Below are positions 48,557-61,120 of a stretch of 64,000 nucleotides of DNA, in pieces (within the stretch, counting starts at the first letter, position 1; each line of letters begins with the position of its first letter). Made by a program: the position numbers and the translations under genes. The notes beneath the pieces were generated by a model. It was not told where the DNA came from and did not search any database. It saw only the letters and a list, made by a program, of their open reading frames with translations. This DNA is from Candidatus Zhuqueibacterota bacterium. Its GTDB lineage: Bacteria > Zhuqueibacterota > Zhuqueibacteria > Thermofontimicrobiales > Thermofontimicrobiaceae. The stretch spans positions 541,527 through 605,526 of the forward strand of contig JBMOPW010000014.1 in NCBI GenBank assembly GCA_049322915.1. The letters run 5' to 3'.

Positions 48557-48565
48557 AGCGGGCTA

Positions 48566-49966
<1,401 letters not shown>

Positions 49967-49999
49967 TTAAACTAAAATTCCTGATTTCAATATGTTTAA

Positions 50000-50860
50000 T
50001 TAACCCTTCAACGCCTCGCTGCCGCTCACAATTTCCAGAATTTCTGTCGTGATGCTTTCCTGGCGAATTCGGTTGTATTGCATCGTCAATTCATTGATGA
50101 GCTTTTCGGCGTTCTCTGTGGCATACTCCATCGCTGTCATCCGTGCGCCCATTTCAGCGGCGTACGATTCCAGCAGCACGCGCCAGATTTGAACATTCAA
50201 ATTTTTGGGACAGAGGTCGTTCAAAATGGTGACGGCGTCCGGTTCGAAGATATAATCCGCCAAATACTTCTTGTCTTCCGGTAAAATGGGAACAATGGGC
50301 AGCACCTGCTCCACAATCACCTGCTGCTGCGCTGCGGATTTGAATTCATTATAAACAAGAAAGATGCGATCCAGCTTTTGCTGGATGTACAGGTTTTGCA
50401 GCAGGGCGGAAATATCCACAGCCTCGGAAAAATCCAGATGCTTGAAGAATGCCACGTACTCTCCGATGACCGAATAGCTTCTTTTTACGAAGTAATCGCG
50501 GCCTTTTCTGCCGATGAGAACCAACTCGATCGCTGCATCACCTTGTTGAACCATTTCCCGTTCCGCACGCCGGATGATGTTTTGATTAAAGGACCCGCAT
50601 AACCCCTGATCGCCGGTGACGACGACAAAACAGATCCGTTTCGGTTCGCGCACTGCCAGGAGCGGATGCAGGTCATGATCGATTTTGCTGGCGATGTGCC
50701 CCATAATTTCTTTCAAATGCTGGGCATAGGGGCGAGCCTGCAAAATATTCTGCTGAGCGCGCCTCAATTTTACAGCAGAAACCATTTTCAGTGCACGGGT
50801 TATCTGCTGCGTCTTTTTCACGCCGGTGATGCGATTTTTTATATCTCGGAGTGTGGCCAT
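50000..50860 (-). CDS. atpG: ATP synthase F1 gamma
   Basis: QQITRALKMVSA, GLCGSFN, RQESITTEILEIVSG. Confidence 0.97.
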   Translation of the reverse strand: MATLRDIKNRITGVKKTQQITRALKMVSAVKLRRAQQNILQARPYAQHLKEIMGHIASKIDHDLHPLLAVREPKRICFVVVTGDQGLCGSFNQNIIRRAEREMVQQGDAAIELVLIGRKGRDYFVKRSYSVIGEYVAFFKHLDFSEAVDISALLQNLYIQQKLDRIFLVYNEFKSAAQQQVIVEQVLPIVPILPEDKKYLADYIFEPDAVTILNDLCPKNLNVQIWRVLLESYAAEMGARMTAMEYATENAEKLINELTMQYNRIRQESITTEILEIVSGSEALKG

Positions 50861-51103
50861 AGAGATTAATTTTTATTGTAAACTGATTTCAACGTGATTA
50901 ATGAACCAACCCGTCTTTCTATTCGAAAAGAGGATTGGGCAAAACGCCTGATAGCCGTTCTGTGACATGGGAATACAGTCAAATTGTAAATGGAGTATTT
51001 GTAATCCTCAGACTGCTGTGCTATACTCGCCATGGAGCGGATTACCGACATTGATTCTCCGCAGACAGATCGGATGGAATAGCGTTCATCATCAAATTAC
51101 ATG

Positions 51104-52612
51104 TTAAACCGTAATTCCGCTCATGAAATCCTGACAGGCCGATGCCAATGCCGATTGCACTTTTTCATCCAGCTTCTTCTGGCTGGCGATATCGCTGAGG
51201 ATGCTGGCGTATTTGCTGTCCATAAACTGGTAGAATTCCTGCTCGATGCGTTGTATTTGACCGACAGGGACTGCATCCAGAAAGCCCTGGGTTCCCAGGA
51301 AAATGACAGCAATCTGTTTTTCAACGGGCAGCGTCTGGTTCTGACCTTGCTTCAGAATCTCGACCATTTTCTGACCGCGAATCAGTTGCGTCTGGGTTGT
51401 TTTGTCCAGTTCAGAACTGAATTTAGCGAAGCTTTCCAGTTCGCGGTATTGAGCCAGATCAAGCCGCAATTTTCCTGCGACCTGCTTCATGGCTTTGATC
51501 TGGGCATTGCCGCCAACGCGGGATACGGACAGACCGACATTCACTGCCGGGCGAATACCGCCGTAAAACAGATCCGGTTCCAGATAAATCTGACCGTCTG
51601 TAATCGAAATGACATTGGTCGGAATATAGGCTGAAAAGTCGCCAGCCTGGGTTTCAACGATGGGCAGCGCGGTGAGTGACCCGCCGCCGAGGCTGTCGCT
51701 GAGTTTTGCAGCCCGCTCCAGCAGGCGTGAATGGAGATAGAAAATATCGCCGGGATAGGCTTCTCGTCCCGGTGGCCGGCGCAGCAGCAAGGATACCTGA
51801 CGATAGGCCCAGGCATGTTTGGACAGGTCGTCGTAGACAACCAGACTGTGCATGCTGTTATCGCGGAAGTATTCGCCCATGGCCGCGCCGCTGTATGGCG
51901 CAATGTACAGCATGGGAGCCGGATCATTGGCTGAGGACATGACGACCGTGGTGTATTCCATGGCGCCATGTTCCTCGAATGTCCTCACGACTTTGGCAAT
52001 CGTCGATCCTTTTTGGCCAATGGCCACGTAGATACAAAACACTCCCTGACCCTTCTGATTCAGGATGGTATCGATGGCGATGGTGCTCTTCCCAATCTGG
52101 CGGTCGCCAATGATGAGTTCTCGTTGACCGCGGCCGATGGGGATCATGGAATCGATCGCCTTCAATCCTGTCTGAAGCGGCTCTTTCACCGGCTGGCGAT
52201 AGACAACGCCCAGCGCTTTTCGTTCGATGGGCAGAAAGTAGTTCGTATTGATGGGGCCTTTCCCGTCCAGTGGCTGACCCAGTGGATTGACAACGCGTCC
52301 CACCAGAGCTTCCCCGACCGGCACCTGCATCACCTTGCCGGTGCGCTTGACGCGATCTCCTTCTTTGAGATATTTCTCACTGCCGAACAGGATGCAGCCG
52401 ACATTGTCCTCTTCCAGGTTGAGCGCCATTCCGAAGACGTTGTGGGGAAATTCCACCAATTCGTTGGCCATGACATTTTCAAGCCCGTAGACGCGGGCAA
52501 TACCATCGCCAACCTGAATGATTTCGCCCACTTCTTCGAAATCGGTTGTCAATTCGTATTGTTCAATCTGCCGTTTTAAAATTGTTGATATTTCGTTCGC
52601 CTTGACTTCCAT
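51104..52612 (-). CDS. atpA: ATP synthase F1 alpha
   Basis: [30 protein letters not shown]. Confidence 0.98.
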   Translation of the reverse strand: MEVKANEISTILKRQIEQYELTTDFEEVGEIIQVGDGIARVYGLENVMANELVEFPHNVFGMALNLEEDNVGCILFGSEKYLKEGDRVKRTGKVMQVPVGEALVGRVVNPLGQPLDGKGPINTNYFLPIERKALGVVYRQPVKEPLQTGLKAIDSMIPIGRGQRELIIGDRQIGKSTIAIDTILNQKGQGVFCIYVAIGQKGSTIAKVVRTFEEHGAMEYTTVVMSSANDPAPMLYIAPYSGAAMGEYFRDNSMHSLVVYDDLSKHAWAYRQVSLLLRRPPGREAYPGDIFYLHSRLLERAAKLSDSLGGGSLTALPIVETQAGDFSAYIPTNVISITDGQIYLEPDLFYGGIRPAVNVGLSVSRVGGNAQIKAMKQVAGKLRLDLAQYRELESFAKFSSELDKTTQTQLIRGQKMVEILKQGQNQTLPVEKQIAVIFLGTQGFLDAVPVGQIQRIEQEFYQFMDSKYASILSDIASQKKLDEKVQSALASACQDFMSGITV

Positions 52613-52618
52613 AGTTTT

Positions 52619-53152
52619 CTAATTTTTGGTGATGTATAGTTTCAATTTTTTAAAATGCTCGGCAAGACTTGCATTGTATTCTTGCCCATCCATTTCAATG
52701 ATAATACCACCGATAATTGATTTGTCCACGGTGTTTTCGATGACAACATTCGCCGCCTTGTAGCTCGAAATCGTCTGCATCAATTCGCGCAGCGCTTCGT
52801 CTGTCAACGGCAGCGCGGTGATGACATTCGCCCGAACCCGGTTTTGCGCCCGGTCGTTCAGTTCGCGATAGGCCAGAAAAATCTGCTGCAGCATATCGGC
52901 GCGTTTGTTTTTCAATACGACCAATAGAAAATTGAAGAACAAAGGAGAATACTGATCCCGGAAAAGCTCCGAAATCAATTTTTCCCGATGCAAATCATTG
53001 GGATATTTCAGCAGGGAATGAAGCTCGCTGCTACTCTCGATTTGCTTCAGGAACGATTCGAATTCACCCAGGATTGAATCCACGAGGCGATTTTCCTGCG
53101 ACAATTCGAACAGCGCTTTGGCATAGCGTTTTGCTGTTGACGTGATTATCAT
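52619..53152 (-). CDS. atpH: ATP synthase F1 delta
   Basis: AKRYAKALF, VDKSIIGG; operon position. Confidence 0.92.
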   Translation of the reverse strand: MIITSTAKRYAKALFELSQENRLVDSILGEFESFLKQIESSSELHSLLKYPNDLHREKLISELFRDQYSPLFFNFLLVVLKNKRADMLQQIFLAYRELNDRAQNRVRANVITALPLTDEALRELMQTISSYKAANVVIENTVDKSIIGGIIIEMDGQEYNASLAEHFKKLKLYITKN

Positions 53153-53643
53153 CGTGCTTGACTTAATTCGTTCACGGATTTCTCAATTAATCGAAGATGG
53201 TTTTTGTCTGTCAGGGTCTCACGGAGAACCTTTTCTGCAGCGGCCAATGAGATTTCCACTGCATATTTTTTTACATCGTTGATAGCGGCATCTTTGCTGA
53301 GATCGATCTCTTGCTTCGCCCGTTCTAACATTTTCTCCGCTTCAACTCGGGCTTTCTCAACGATTTCCTTGCGGACCTTTTCAGCATTTTTCTTGCTTTC
53401 ATTGAGCATCTGAATGGATTCCCTGCGCACTTTATCCAGCAAAACTTTCTGCTCATCAAGATATTTTTGAGCTTCTTGTTGATCCTGCTCTGCCTGAGAT
53501 AATGCGGCCTTGATTTTATTCTCACGATCTTCCAGCGTCTTGAGAATCGGTTTCCATGCATATTTTTTCAACACCAATAAAAGCAAAATGAATGTGACAA
53601 CCGTCCAGAAGATTGACCCGGTATTTGGTTCTAATAAACCCAT
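53149..53643 (-). CDS. atpF: ATP synthase F0 b
   Basis: N-terminal TM, KYAWKPILKTLEDRE, coiled coil. Confidence 0.93.
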   Translation of the reverse strand: MGLLEPNTGSIFWTVVTFILLLLVLKKYAWKPILKTLEDRENKIKAALSQAEQDQQEAQKYLDEQKVLLDKVRRESIQMLNESKKNAEKVRKEIVEKARVEAEKMLERAKQEIDLSKDAAINDVKKYAVEISLAAAEKVLRETLTDKNHLRLIEKSVNELSQAR

Positions 53644-53724
53644 GAATAGATTTCCTGATTAATGATGTCTGATTACACCAGGAGTTGAGACGCACGTTGT
53701 ATTCGTCTCAAATCTCAGTATCGT

Positions 53725-53952
53725 TTATTTGAAGCTGAGCAAAAAGCAAATGACCAATGCCAGCAGGGCCACGCCTTCGATCATGGCGGCGGTGATAATC
53801 ATAACGCCACGGATGTCTTCTGTCGCTTCCGGCTGTCTGGCAATACTTTCCACCGATGCCTTTGCAATCTGGCTAATTCCGAATGCGCCGCTGAACGCAG
53901 CTCCTACAGCACCAATACCTGCGGCTAAAAATGCCCATGCAGTCTCTGTCAT
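53725..53952 (-). CDS. atpE: ATP synthase F0 c
   Basis: IARQPEA loop, AAMIEGVAL. Confidence 0.95.
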   Translation of the reverse strand: MTETAWAFLAAGIGAVGAAFSGAFGISQIAKASVESIARQPEATEDIRGVMIITAAMIEGVALLALVICFLLSFK

Positions 53953-53995
53953 AAATCCTCCTTAAAAGTTAAAATTAGCTATTGAAGTAATTTTC

Positions 53996-54826
53996 TTAAT
54001 GATGCGGGTTCACCGCCAAGCCGATGAACACCGCAGAAAGAATTGTAAAAATATATGCCTGAATTAAAGCGATTAAAATTTCAAGTAGACTTACAAATAA
54101 AATTCCCAGTACCGGCAGGGGTGAGATCAGGAAATTCTTGAACATGAAGATCAGGCCCATGATGGTGAATATGACCAGGTGGCCGGCAACCATATTGGCA
54201 AAAAGTCGAATGGCCAGCGCGAAATGCTTCGTCAGCATGCCCAGGATTTCAACGACGAAAATAAGCGGAACGACAGCTTTGGGCAGGCCGGACGGGATGA
54301 AACTTTTTACATACCCCTTCAATCCATTTTTTCGGATGCTGGAAAATTGCACCAAAAACAGCGTGATGAGCGCCAGACCGGCTGTGATGGAAATGTTGCC
54401 GGTGGCCGTTGCTCCCATTGGCACCAGACCTAATAAATTGCAGGTGATGATGAAGAAGAAAGCGGTCAGCAAATAGGGAGCAAATTTATAAGCGTCTGCG
54501 CCGAGATTTGGCTGAATGACGGTGTCCTTCAGGAAGACGACAATCCATTCGATGAAGTTCACCGGCCCTTTGGGCGCCAGGGCGCGACTTCGGATGATTG
54601 CCGGCAACAGCGTCATCAAAATCGCCGCGGCAATCCAGATCATGATAATGTGTTTGGTGATGGAAAGGTCGAAATTGAAAAGATGGATGGGAATCACAAC
54701 GTGGTCCTGAACGTGGTGCATAATGAATTCTTTGATTTCATCGCTTCCCTGCTCAGCGTGTTCGCCATGCTCTTGTACCAATCTGACTAAAAAACCTGCA
54801 AAATTCCCATGAACAAAACCGATCAT
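53996..54826 (-). CDS. atpB: ATP synthase F0 a
   Basis: ALAIRLFANMVAGH, IQAYIFTILSAVFI. Confidence 0.95.
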   Translation of the reverse strand: MIGFVHGNFAGFLVRLVQEHGEHAEQGSDEIKEFIMHHVQDHVVIPIHLFNFDLSITKHIIMIWIAAAILMTLLPAIIRSRALAPKGPVNFIEWIVVFLKDTVIQPNLGADAYKFAPYLLTAFFFIITCNLLGLVPMGATATGNISITAGLALITLFLVQFSSIRKNGLKGYVKSFIPSGLPKAVVPLIFVVEILGMLTKHFALAIRLFANMVAGHLVIFTIMGLIFMFKNFLISPLPVLGILFVSLLEILIALIQAYIFTILSAVFIGLAVNPHH

Positions 54827-55212
54827 TTTTTCCCTTTTGAGATGGTGGCACTGATAAATCGTATTTCGAAAAATTGATAAACAAGATAAAACACAAAAAA
54901 GAAAACGATAAAAATAAGGATGTCAATTTCAGTGAATTTAAGAATGACAAATATCGCTGCGCCGATGAGCGCGAAGCGGAGGATCATTCCTCCGAGGACG
55001 ATCCCCATTAACGTTTTCAACGGCTTTTTGAACGCCCAGTGGATGGAGAGAAATCCGAACAGGAATAAAAATAAACTGAAGCCATAGCCGGCAGCGACCC
55101 CGGAAAATAACGCCCGGTTATCCGTCAAGTACAACGCAAGAATTGCGCCAGCCGCCAGCACCAGACTGACGCCAGATAATTTGAGTATAATTTTTCCGGG
55201 TGTGTTCGCCAT
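54823..55212 (-). CDS. atpI: ATP synthase protein I-like membrane protein
   Basis: Four TM helices, LGGMILRF; first gene of the operon. Confidence 0.7.
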   Translation of the reverse strand: MANTPGKIILKLSGVSLVLAAGAILALYLTDNRALFSGVAAGYGFSLFLFLFGFLSIHWAFKKPLKTLMGIVLGGMILRFALIGAAIFVILKFTEIDILIFIVFFFVFYLVYQFFEIRFISATISKGKK

Positions 55213-55361
55213 GAGTCATTGTTTTATTCGATTTCGGACCTGGATTGCCACGTGACAGAATCTCGGTTGGACTCTGCGTTGACGAACCAACGTCGTTCCT
55301 GCTCGTTGCGCAACCTCAACATCGTTAAAACAGCCTGTTTCATTCGTTTCAAATTTTCGAT

Positions 55362-55390
55362 ATTTTACGAAATTATCAGGTGAATGTCAA
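55362..55390 (-). promoter_or_regulatory. Sigma70 promoter of the atp operon
   Basis: Minus strand TTGACA-17 bp-TAAAAT. Confidence 0.6.
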
Positions 55391-55461
55391 GCGAATATTT
55401 TGTCAATAAAACCAATTTCCAGGTTTGGAGATTGCCCTCCTATCCTCGTTCTGCATTTATA

Positions 55462-56955
55462 TTAAAAAAATATGATGGTCACAAGGATGAAAATGGGTAT
55501 TAAAATAAGAAAAGAATAAGCCATGTAACCAAAGAATCCCGGCATTTTAATTCCGCCTTCTTCAGCAATCGATTTGACCATAAAATTGGGAGCGTTGCCA
55601 ATATAGGTGTTTGCTCCCATGAACACAGCGCCGCAGGAGATGGCCATGAGGTAAACTGCCTTATTGGCGATTAACTCGCGAATGGCTTCTCGTTCCGGCA
55701 TGCCAGGGTAAAAATTACCCAGCTCTGTATTTAAAAATGTCAGATAGGTGGGGGCATTATCCAGAAAACTGGAGAGTATGCCGCTCCCCCAGAAATAGTG
55801 CGCCGGCTCTTTCACCGATTTGATGATGAATCCAAGATTCCCGGCGATACCGGCTTTCAACATCAGCAGCGCGGGAATGATGGTCATGAAAATTCCGGCG
55901 AACAGGATCGCAACCTCTTTGATGGGGAACCAGGTGAATCCGTTTCCATCGCGAATATTTTTCGGGGTGAAATAAATCGATAACGCGCCCATCAACAGCA
56001 GCAGCAGGTCACGCAGAAGATTTTGCAGATCTAATTGAATGCCGAGAACAGGAAACGAACCCGGGTGCAGGAGTCCACTCATCAGCACAGCGCCCACGAC
56101 GCCGACCAAAAACAGGGCGTTGTAGAGACCTCTGATTTTGAGTGTGGGTGACGAAGTATCTCCTGCAGTTAGATCGCGCGTTACTACCTCGATCGTCGCT
56201 TTCATGCGGGCCGCATATTCCTGACGATAGAGGCGCATATCGAAAATGTAGAACAGTGCCAGCAGGATGCCAGAAACAAAAAGCATCGGCCAGATCAGGT
56301 TCAGAGTCCAGAAAAACGGGACGCCATGAAGGAATCCCAGGAATAACGGTGGATCACCGAGCGGAGTCAACGAACCCCCGATATTGCTCACCAGGAAAAT
56401 GAAGAACACAATGATGTGCACTTTATTTTTTCTATCTTCGTTAGCGCGAAGCACCGGGCGAATGAGAAGCATGGAGGCCCCGGTGGTTCCGATCCAGGAG
56501 GCGATGACGGTTCCGATGAAAAGGAAAAGCACGTTGAGCGACGGCGTCCCTTTGAACTTACCCTCGATTAGAATGCCGCCGGATATAGTGAACAGAGACC
56601 AGAGAAGGATGATAAACGGAATATAGTCCAGCAAATAGATATGAAGAATTTCATGGAACGCGTCATGGCCGTAACCGGCGACAAACGGTATGGCTAAGAT
56701 CAGCGACCAGAATGCCGATACTTTTCCAAAATGATGATGCCAGAATTTTGGGGCAAAAATTGGAAACAAGGCAATGGACAAGAGAATCCCCACAAACGGC
56801 AGCGCGCTCCACAGCGGCAATGTTTCCCCTAACGTTGAGGTATGTGGCGCGCTATGGTCGCCTTCAGGCAGTGCATGATTCTGATTGTGGAAAACGAACG
56901 CATAGACTGCAAGTATGAGAATAATCACGACAAGAGAGATGATTATTTTTTTCAT
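55462..56955 (-). CDS. IT-superfamily transporter (putative Na+/H+ antiporter / citrate-transport-like)
   Basis: SNIGGSLTPLGDPPLFLG, SSFLDNAPTY, GANTYIGNAPNFMV; many TM helices. Confidence 0.8.
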   Translation of the reverse strand: MKKIIISLVVIILILAVYAFVFHNQNHALPEGDHSAPHTSTLGETLPLWSALPFVGILLSIALFPIFAPKFWHHHFGKVSAFWSLILAIPFVAGYGHDAFHEILHIYLLDYIPFIILLWSLFTISGGILIEGKFKGTPSLNVLFLFIGTVIASWIGTTGASMLLIRPVLRANEDRKNKVHIIVFFIFLVSNIGGSLTPLGDPPLFLGFLHGVPFFWTLNLIWPMLFVSGILLALFYIFDMRLYRQEYAARMKATIEVVTRDLTAGDTSSPTLKIRGLYNALFLVGVVGAVLMSGLLHPGSFPVLGIQLDLQNLLRDLLLLLMGALSIYFTPKNIRDGNGFTWFPIKEVAILFAGIFMTIIPALLMLKAGIAGNLGFIIKSVKEPAHYFWGSGILSSFLDNAPTYLTFLNTELGNFYPGMPEREAIRELIANKAVYLMAISCGAVFMGANTYIGNAPNFMVKSIAEEGGIKMPGFFGYMAYSFLILIPIFILVTIIFF

Positions 56956-57483
56956 ACGGATGATATGCTCCCGTGAATGTTGTTACAGCTATGGTTGTCA
57001 TTCAATGTATTATCAGTGGACAATCTTTAATGGGTCGATCGAAAGCCTATTGAACGACTCAGTCAATGTATGGTTCCGGATCGAATTGGTATAAACAGGA
57101 TGCTTTGCTTTTCGCTGTTCGCGATGAAAGGATTAATATAACATGTTAATAATAAAAGTCAAGAAATAAATGCGCCAGCATGATTTTATTAAACTATTTT
57201 CATTTTGGATTACATGATCGCGCTGGATATTTATCCAGTGAGGGGAATGGATTGGAACGCAAATTCCCTGATAGCCGCACCGTTCGGGGTGAATAGTCCG
57301 AATGATCGGTTGGCAAACTTTGCATATTATAAAGGACTGAACAGTAACTGGATTGAATAAAAAACCTGCCCGGGCCGTTCATTCCAAAGAATGAAATATT
57401 GTGCCGGAGCAGGTTTTGTCCGAATTGATGATGAAAGAAATCGCCCGGCCGGGTGGGAGTGGCCGCGTCGATACCGTGATCCA

Positions 57484-58077
57484 TTAATGAATTCGGAAAT
57501 CCTTGCCTTCGACGTAATCTTCGACCAAATACCAGAAGTCCTCGATGTCCAGGGTCATGACGATGAGATCGCGTCGCCGATTTCGGATATCCGTGACTTG
57601 TTTCCGAAATGTAGCCTCTTTGCGAAAGCCCAGTTTTTCAAAAGCAGCAATGGCCGATTCCTGAGTCTCCATCATTTCAGCTTGAATTTTATAAATTTTT
57701 ACTTTGAGGGCATGGAAGAAAATCTCACGAACGAAGATGGTCGCCAGCCCTTTGCGCTGAAAATCAGGAGAGATGACCACCCGAATTTCTCCCAGGTTCC
57801 GCTTCCACCCGAACTCGGCCCGATCCAGGGTTGCAATACCGACAATTGTATTGTCGTTCACAGCAATGATCGGGTAGGTATGATTGTAATCCAGGTTGCT
57901 GAAGCGGCGTTGAACATTCCGCTCATCCGTGATATCGAACCGAAGGAACAGCCGGTCGGATTCCGGTATTGATTTATAAAATTGAGCCAACCGGCTAACA
58001 TCATCTCTCACAAGCAACTGCAACTGCACCGATTTCTTGTCTTTTAGCTTCACAGTTTTTGGATATTCTGCCATCAC
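57484..58077 (-). CDS. GNAT-family N-acetyltransferase
   Basis: VISPDFQRKGLAT, AIAAFEKLGF motifs. Confidence 0.85.
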   Translation of the reverse strand: MMAEYPKTVKLKDKKSVQLQLLVRDDVSRLAQFYKSIPESDRLFLRFDITDERNVQRRFSNLDYNHTYPIIAVNDNTIVGIATLDRAEFGWKRNLGEIRVVISPDFQRKGLATIFVREIFFHALKVKIYKIQAEMMETQESAIAAFEKLGFRKEATFRKQVTDIRNRRRDLIVMTLDIEDFWYLVEDYVEGKDFRIH

Positions 58078-58680
58078 GTACCTCCTTATTAGTATGTGCG
58101 TAACGTTAGAAATTAACCATGTCTGAAATTCAATGAATTAAATCAGATGCGTAGAATGATTTCCATGGGAGGTCAACACAATCCATTCAGTGATCAATGT
58201 AGCGACGACTTCTGCGCCATGCAAAAAGGCGCCCGGCACTGAACCTTATTATAAATGCAAAATCAATGACTGTTATCGCGAGGGTGCTATTCAGAAAAGA
58301 ATTAAATAATCTTATTGCACCCAATTGACATGAGCATGATTCGTTGAATAGGATGAGTCGTATGGTAGAAAAACGCAAGCAGCGCAGATATTCGGTTCTG
58401 AAAGCGACAGCAGGAAACAATCTGCAGGAAGGGATTCGTCGGAAAGAGCGTTGTAATTTTCGCCACAGCTACCAATGAAAGATACTGGTTACATAATAAG
58501 AAAAAAACCGAAAAAGTCAAGAGGTTTTTCTGAACGAGCGAGACGATTCTTTTCACAGGTGGCTTGATGCGATCGCACAGCCGTCCGGGGGAGTAGAGAT
58601 GTAACAATGGATGGCGGCGATGCGCTCAGTGTGAGATACCGGCAGGGTAAGTGATTTTTTCAGTGATGTAAGCCGTTGGA

Positions 58681-59487
58681 TTAAAATACAAAAATGGCCG
58701 TGACCATCAGACCGTCGGATCCGGCGGGTTCAATTTTCACAGCGGAGACACCGGGCAGATCCCTTGGGTCGGATTTTGCAATGAGCGCGTCGAAAAAGGA
58801 GTAGAGCCAAATGCCGGCGGTGCACAGGGCAAGGCCGTTTCTCCATTTGTACAGAGCATTATAACGATCATATCGCGATTCAATATCACTTGGATCAGTG
58901 GCCTCGAGATACGCGTCGTGGGCGTTATTCTGGAGTATGTGAAGCATGCCGGTTCCGAAAATTGACAGGCCCGCAGCGCCAGCCAGACTGTAACCTTTGC
59001 GTTTTTCCTTCTTGTACAACTGCCCCCAGCCAGGCAGCGCCAATGACCGCAATGCTGCTGCCGGACGGGGATCGCGAATCAAAATATACCGCGGCGGCTG
59101 TGCTGTATTTGATGCATTTTCAGGAGTGGATTGAATATAGCGCAGCTTTTGCTCGTTAAAAAATTGGATGATCTTGGGCGAAACATACACGGAATCTAAC
59201 TGGGCATTGTCATCGATGGACAGGGCCGATTCGAATTGATTTTTCGCCACGTCCATATCGCCCTCTGAATATGCAATGACGCCAAGGATTTTATGCGTCT
59301 CGGCCAATTGATACAGGCTATGCGAGGCGTAATCCGAAGTGATTTTCTGTCCCAACGCCTTGGCTGTTTGATAATCTAACTGTTGGTACGCTCTGAGCAG
59401 TTGGTCATACGGTGACTGCCGGGACTGAGAAAGCCCAATGCTGGCGATCGAGAAAAGGAAAAGCGCTAATAACTTGCAACGGGTCAT
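58681..59487 (-). CDS. Exported TPR protein with C-terminal membrane (DUF5683-like) domain
   Basis: Signal peptide, TPR, AALRSLALPGWGQLYK motif. Confidence 0.7.
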   Translation of the reverse strand: MTRCKLLALFLFSIASIGLSQSRQSPYDQLLRAYQQLDYQTAKALGQKITSDYASHSLYQLAETHKILGVIAYSEGDMDVAKNQFESALSIDDNAQLDSVYVSPKIIQFFNEQKLRYIQSTPENASNTAQPPRYILIRDPRPAAALRSLALPGWGQLYKKEKRKGYSLAGAAGLSIFGTGMLHILQNNAHDAYLEATDPSDIESRYDRYNALYKWRNGLALCTAGIWLYSFFDALIAKSDPRDLPGVSAVKIEPAGSDGLMVTAIFVF

Positions 59488-59766
59488 CTGGTTATTTCTT
59501 GAAATGTTGTCTGATAGGATGAATGGAAATATGTAATTTCACGAACCCGGCTATCCGTCCCTGTATGAACGTTAGCGGCAGGCTCTGCAAAATAGGCATT
59601 GCCTTTCGCCAACGGATGCAACTCACTGACCTCATATAATAAGTCATCGCTGCCGGTTTCAGCAGGGAGCTGTTGATGCGGGCGATGTAAGCATTGCATG
59701 GCGATGAATTGGACGGATGCACCTTCCGGGATGCGGTCTATTAAACTCGCCGGGGGTATTAATGGT

Positions 59767-61041
59767 TCACTTGATCAGACTCATTCTCAACACATCGGGC
59801 CTGGAATGCGCTGAAGTGAGCCGTGCGAAATAAATCCCTGACTCCAATGTGCGGCCGAATGCATCGCAGCCATCCCAGAAAATCTGATGCCGGCCGGGTT
59901 GCACGAAGTCCAGGTCAAATGCTCGGAGAGCAGCGCCGAGTATGTTGAAAATTTCAAGCCGAATTTCCTTCTGGCCAGAAACGATTTCGAATTCAATGAC
60001 AGTGCCGGCGTTGAACGGATTGGGGTAATTTCCCAACAGGCCGAAATGATCCGGGAGACCGGGCAAATCGGTTGCTGCCGCAACAGAGGACGAATTGTAG
60101 GTCATACACTGAGCCGTGCTGAGCACGCCGCTTGTTTCATTCAGACCGCCGAAAATATAAATATTACCATCGTATTCCACGGCGCTCAATCCGGCCCGGG
60201 GAGAAGTCAGCGTTACAGCCAGCGTGGCCCAAGTATCGGATTCGACATTATAAAAATCGATGGAATCCAGTGTACCGGTGATTCCGTAGCCGCCCAGGCA
60301 GAAGATAGAATCCCGGACAGCGACGCCGGCGAAGTAAAATCGCTCGCGGGGCAGAGGACTGAGCCACAACGAACCGTGGCCGCTCTGGTACATCTCCAAT
60401 TGATTCAACGGCGCGACAGAGACTCCGCCAAAGGTGAAGACCATATTGTGAATGACCAGTGACTGCATGGCGACGCGGGGCGTTCGCAAACGCCAGTGAT
60501 TGGAAACCTTCCACGACGATGATTGTTCGTGCCAGAATTCGACGACATCCAATGGCTGAGTTATCCAGCCATTGCCGCTTGTGCCGCCCAAAACAAATAG
60601 CGTATCGTTTAACACAACCGAGGTCAATCCCTCCCGCTCATAATTCATCGCTTCGAAGTCATGCCATGAATTTGTTTGAGGGTCATAATATTCAACGCTG
60701 TTCAGTTTGTTCGTCAAAAAACCGCTGCCGCCAAAGACAAAAATTTTGCCCTGATGGACCAATGCCGATGCATTGAATCGGGGCGTTTTCATTTCAGGCA
60801 CATCGTCCAGCCATTGGCCGCTGCTTAAATCGAAGCAGTCCACTTCGCTCATTGTCATGTTCAGCCGACTTTTTCCACCGATAATCCATATCTTCCCCTG
60901 AAAGACGACTGAACAATGGCCGTAGCGGGCCGTCGGCATGTCGGGCAGGTTCGTCCATTCCCATGTCTGCGAAAAGCCGGGAAGGGTCATTGCCAACATC
61001 CAGAGGCTCAGTATAAAGGCGTATCTTCTCATATCATTCAC
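59767..61041 (-). CDS. Kelch-repeat protein with T9SS/FlgD-like C-terminal domain
   Basis: Repeated MPTARY/IFVFGG Kelch units; GNYPNPFN...IFNILG...WDGCD...SGIYFARL. Confidence 0.85.
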   Translation of the reverse strand: MNDMRRYAFILSLWMLAMTLPGFSQTWEWTNLPDMPTARYGHCSVVFQGKIWIIGGKSRLNMTMSEVDCFDLSSGQWLDDVPEMKTPRFNASALVHQGKIFVFGGSGFLTNKLNSVEYYDPQTNSWHDFEAMNYEREGLTSVVLNDTLFVLGGTSGNGWITQPLDVVEFWHEQSSSWKVSNHWRLRTPRVAMQSLVIHNMVFTFGGVSVAPLNQLEMYQSGHGSLWLSPLPRERFYFAGVAVRDSIFCLGGYGITGTLDSIDFYNVESDTWATLAVTLTSPRAGLSAVEYDGNIYIFGGLNETSGVLSTAQCMTYNSSSVAAATDLPGLPDHFGLLGNYPNPFNAGTVIEFEIVSGQKEIRLEIFNILGAALRAFDLDFVQPGRHQIFWDGCDAFGRTLESGIYFARLTSAHSRPDVLRMSLIK

Positions 61042-61120
61042 AACTCAATTCTATAGTGTCATGAGGCTCAAAAAATATTCTGATATTTTTCAATAAAGTA
61101 ATTTCAAAAAATATGCCAGA

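Noticed and set aside
50866..51051. 61-aa ORF between atpA and atpG
   Set aside because: No recognisable motif or convincing RBS.
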